A stretch of DNA of 54,742 nucleotides from the IMG/VR virus record IMGVR_UViG_3300037332_000228, positions 1-54,742 of that record; one strand, given 5' to 3'. The position numbers and the translations under genes were made by a program. Source of the stretch: a virus. Taxonomy: Duplodnaviria; Caudoviricetes. Shown piece after piece: positions 51,776-54,742 of this stretch. The notes beneath the pieces are model-generated. The model saw only the letters and a list, made by a program, of their open reading frames with translations. It ran no database searches and had not been told where the DNA came from. Numbering within the stretch: position 1 is the stretch's first letter; each line of letters opens with the position of its first letter.

Positions 51776-53265
51776 ATGCTGTCAATGCGATCAAAGGTAT
51801 ATTCAGTTGGCACTGTGAATAACGTTTTCAATCGAAATAAAATTACCATGATTGACGACGACGGCATCGAGTGGCATCGATATGATAGACTGAGTCTAGA
51901 ATACTATATCGTCGAATGGCGGGTCATTGGACTAGTACAATATCATGTCACTGGCGAATTAGTTGAATTTGCAGACCAGGTGGTTGATGGTGAAATTTGT
52001 TATCACCTTCGCTGCACTGACACAGGAGCTGATGAACGATATTATTCTACATACGATGACGACATATATATGACACGCGCGGATGCACTAGTAGAAATCA
52101 AGGAGAGACAAGATGCAGAAGCCTGATAACTGGGTTGTACTTAAACTAGAGCACGAGTCTGGTAATATTACTTATAAAATTCTGGCAGGCTGGAGTGGCG
52201 GGTATACTCAAGGCAGTTCATGGTCTATGAACAGTGGAATTGTAAAAATAACAGACCATATCACCCACTGGGATTTTCATGGAACATCAGGGTCTACGTA
52301 TTCATGCAGTAAACAATCATATGGTCTGCGTATGAATAACGCATATGTGTGGCATCGACTGAAAGAAATGCATGGTGATAAGGTTCACATGATGGACGAA
52401 CACACCGACTGGCAGACAATAGTATGGGAAGAGGAACATGATTAAATTCTTCAAAAGACACAGGATTAATTATTGGAGTTGCACTGATTTTGCAGATTGG
52501 ATAAGAGGATCTGGCAAATTACCATATGGCACTGCGGATGAGTGGAAATCTTGGCATGAGGACGCCAAAATTAAATCCATTCGTTATTGGATTGCAGAAG
52601 ATTTACTTGACATATTGCAGGGAATCTGGTTGTTTATTCCTGATATCTCACATAGTATAATTTATTACATCAGGAATCGTTGGATGGACCAAACCAACGC
52701 ATTAGTTGCACATTCCAAGCATATCAAATCAGGGGACTGGTGTGACCTTGATCATAGAATCCTTTACTGTTTATTTGATGAATTAGTTGACTTTGTTGAG
52801 ATTGAAAAAGCCCTATCAAATGTAAGGTCTGGTGATGTTGTCAGACCCAAGTTCTGGCAGAGTGGTAAATGGCGACTTGGAAACTGGCGAGATGCTGAAT
52901 TGGGCAAGGATCATCTTAACTGGGAAGTTAATCTTATTATGGACGAGGATTATACTAGTGATCCAGAGCAATATGGAACCCCCACACTGCAATCAATTTC
53001 GGCATCTGAAATACTTGCACTATATGAATGGTGGACAGTGACCTATCCCAACCGCATTGATGCATATGATAAATCTGGATGGAGTGCCTATTGTGATGAC
53101 AAGACTGCCCGAGGTATAGGATTTATGGAAACTGACCCCATGGAAGACCGAGAAAAAACGGCAGTAATACTAAAAACATCAAATGAAATTGATGCAGAAT
53201 ACGATCAAGAAGACGAAGACATGCTAATACGTTTAATCAAAATAAGGAAAAGTCTATGGACATGA
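51776..53265 (+). CDS. three hypothetical proteins (51776..52126, 52113..52445, 52438..53265)
   Basis: Overlapping ORFs; YKILAGWSGGY..G.SW..NSGI is a familiar phage hypothetical motif. Confidence 0.65.
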
Positions 53266-53516
53266 AAATTTCAAAAGAAGATATCAAGAAATCACTGACC
53301 GAGAATGTGGTCACGATCAAATTCAATAAAGTTTCAGGAGAAGAACGGGTGATGTCATGTACTCTGAATCCAGTGTATCTACCTGCACTTGTTGAGTCAT
53401 CTGATCAGACAAATACTACTCGCGCTGATAGTCCAGGCGTACTTCGAGTATGGGACGTAGAGAAGTCAGGCTGGCGCTCCATGCTCTGGGACAATATCAA
53501 AGAAGTCACAGTGTGA
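53256..53516 (+). CDS. WYL/SH3-like small protein (DUF2693-like)
   Basis: F.K..GEER.M.CTL and VWDVEK.GWRS motifs. Confidence 0.7.
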   Translation: MDMKISKEDIKKSLTENVVTIKFNKVSGEERVMSCTLNPVYLPALVESSDQTNTTRADSPGVLRVWDVEKSGWRSMLWDNIKEVTV

Positions 53517-54070
53517 CTTTGAATCTCCGAGAACTTTCCAAAGACGAACATACTCGTGCCGAAAAGACTCCATTCATCAAACGAATGCTCAAAAAGCAAA
53601 TCAGTGACTATGAATATTATGTGTACCTGTTCAATCAATACATCATGTATTCTGCACTCGAAGCCAGAGCCGATGAACTTGGGCTACTCAAAGGTATTGA
53701 ATCATCAGCTAGACTAGATGGAATTATGAAAGATCTCAGAGAACTAGAAGCGTTGGGGGGATTTACTGCTCCCCAACCGTTAGTCTCTTCTGTGAAATAT
53801 TGGAATTACATTACCAATGACATCACCATGGACGAAGATAAACTCATGGCGCACTTGTATGTTAGACATTTGGGAGACATGGCAGGGGGACAAATCCTCA
53901 AACGTATGACTCCAGGCTCTGGTCGTTATTATTCTTTCCCAGGCGAAGATATCACTGTATTAAAATCACAATTGAAAGAACGATTGAATAACGATATGAT
54001 TGATGAAGTCAAGAAATGTTTTGAAATGGTGATTGCTTGCATGATTGAACTTGGTGAATTTCTTGAGTGA
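53513..54070 (+). CDS. hemO: heme oxygenase
   Basis: LRE....H..AE proximal His, Y.ALE, AHLYVRHLGDMAGGQI; probable GTG start at 53513. Confidence 0.92.
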   Translation: MTLNLRELSKDEHTRAEKTPFIKRMLKKQISDYEYYVYLFNQYIMYSALEARADELGLLKGIESSARLDGIMKDLRELEALGGFTAPQPLVSSVKYWNYITNDITMDEDKLMAHLYVRHLGDMAGGQILKRMTPGSGRYYSFPGEDITVLKSQLKERLNNDMIDEVKKCFEMVIACMIELGEFLE

Positions 54071-54742
54071 AGTATGGGATTCATTGATTTCAATCCAGGA
54101 TTATTTGATTGAGAAATTAAATAAAGACGGAACTGAATATCATGAAAAAAGCATGGAACCATTTAATCATGCTGGCTGGACCAACCGCCTTTGGCAGGGG
54201 GATGGGTACCGCCGCGCGCACATTGACACAGTGGATGCAAGATCAACAAAAGGACTTTGGATGATGCATTGTTGTATTCAACCAAATTTGGACAACAATG
54301 CTCCTATTTTCGGACTGGATGTCATTGCAGGAGAAAACAAAGTCACTGGGTTTTTTCATGATTACTCACCAGTCTCTTCTCATGATCATGATCTTTCCAA
54401 AGAGTTTGCTAATATGGTTGCAGATCTGGATTGGTCTAAGAAACGAGAGTTGCCAGATTGGGCCAAAGCAATCTTTAGTGATGATATGATCGCCGCGGGC
54501 AATGTCAGAGCAGGCACACAGGATCTCACACAGATTGTTGAAATTAGCAAATCAAGTGTTGACTATTATCTCATGAGAGTAGCTGATTTCAACGAAACAA
54601 TGGAAATAGAACAAGGAAAAATAGCACACAATCGATACGCTCACTATCAGAAACAAAATCCACATACACCAAGAACGATGAAATCACTTGGTCTGAGCGA
54701 AAATGATGTCGACACATTCATCTCAGAATGTCTATTCCCAGA
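54063..54742 (+). CDS. pcyX: ferredoxin-dependent bilin reductase, PcyX/PcyA-like (runs off the window end; missing from the ORF track)
   Basis: Manual translation from TTG 54063: SEVWDSL...W.N..W....RRAHI...KGLWMMHCCIQP...PIFGLDVIAG..KVTGFFHDYSP...RELPDWAK.IFS...QKQNPHT...LFP. Confidence 0.88.
   Translation, partial: MSEVWDSLISIQDYLIEKLNKDGTEYHEKSMEPFNHAGWTNRLWQGDGYRRAHIDTVDARSTKGLWMMHCCIQPNLDNNAPIFGLDVIAGENKVTGFFHDYSPVSSHDHDLSKEFANMVADLDWSKKRELPDWAKAIFSDDMIAAGNVRAGTQDLTQIVEISKSSVDYYLMRVADFNETMEIEQGKIAHNRYAHYQKQNPHTPRTMKSLGLSENDVDTFISECLFP

Noticed and set aside
1409-54162. Many short antisense or alternate-frame ORFs in the track (e.g. 28619..29020, 40809..41273, 46599..47147, 50251..50634)
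   Set aside because: They overlap well-supported genes, lack RBS and motifs, and are best explained as shadows.
54298-54489. 63-aa ORF in the track
   Set aside because: Out-of-frame shadow inside the pcyX reading frame.
1-54742. Stop-codon reassignment explaining the split genes
   Set aside because: TAA, TAG and TGA all end conserved genes at expected positions, and long genes are intact in the standard code.

Overview
Fragment of a large, AT-rich lytic dsDNA phage genome (T4-like/jumbo type) using the standard genetic code, with almost all genes on the + strand. The host is probably an aquatic alphaproteobacterium, inferred from the hemO-pcyX pair and from many TTGACA promoters that lack the -7T. 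The left ~32 kb is an early/accessory region: rIIA/rIIB, many small hypothetical genes behind sigma70-type promoters, RNA end-repair enzymes (Thg1, P-loop kinase, Rnl2-like ligase) and a dispersed NAD+ salvage set (pnuC, nadR, nadM-Nudix, NAMPT). The right part carries DNA-metabolism genes (Dda-like helicase, topoisomerase II, clamp loader, DnaE fragment, QueD, MazG, GroES) and ends in a heme oxygenase plus bilin reductase cassette. Most notable: (1) a ~600-nt ORF-free, promoter-led, heavily base-paired candidate large ncRNA at ~36.8-37.4 kb; (2) two enzymes (NAMPT and a nucleotidyltransferase) split into separately translated halves by intron-less GIY-YIG endonucleases; (3) one covarying leader hairpin behind a TAAATA late-type promoter, shared by a stand-alone TnpB and two GIY-YIG-type genes; (4) a covarying SD-occluding hairpin in front of three NAD genes. 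All calls come from manual motif recognition; no searches or folding programs were run.
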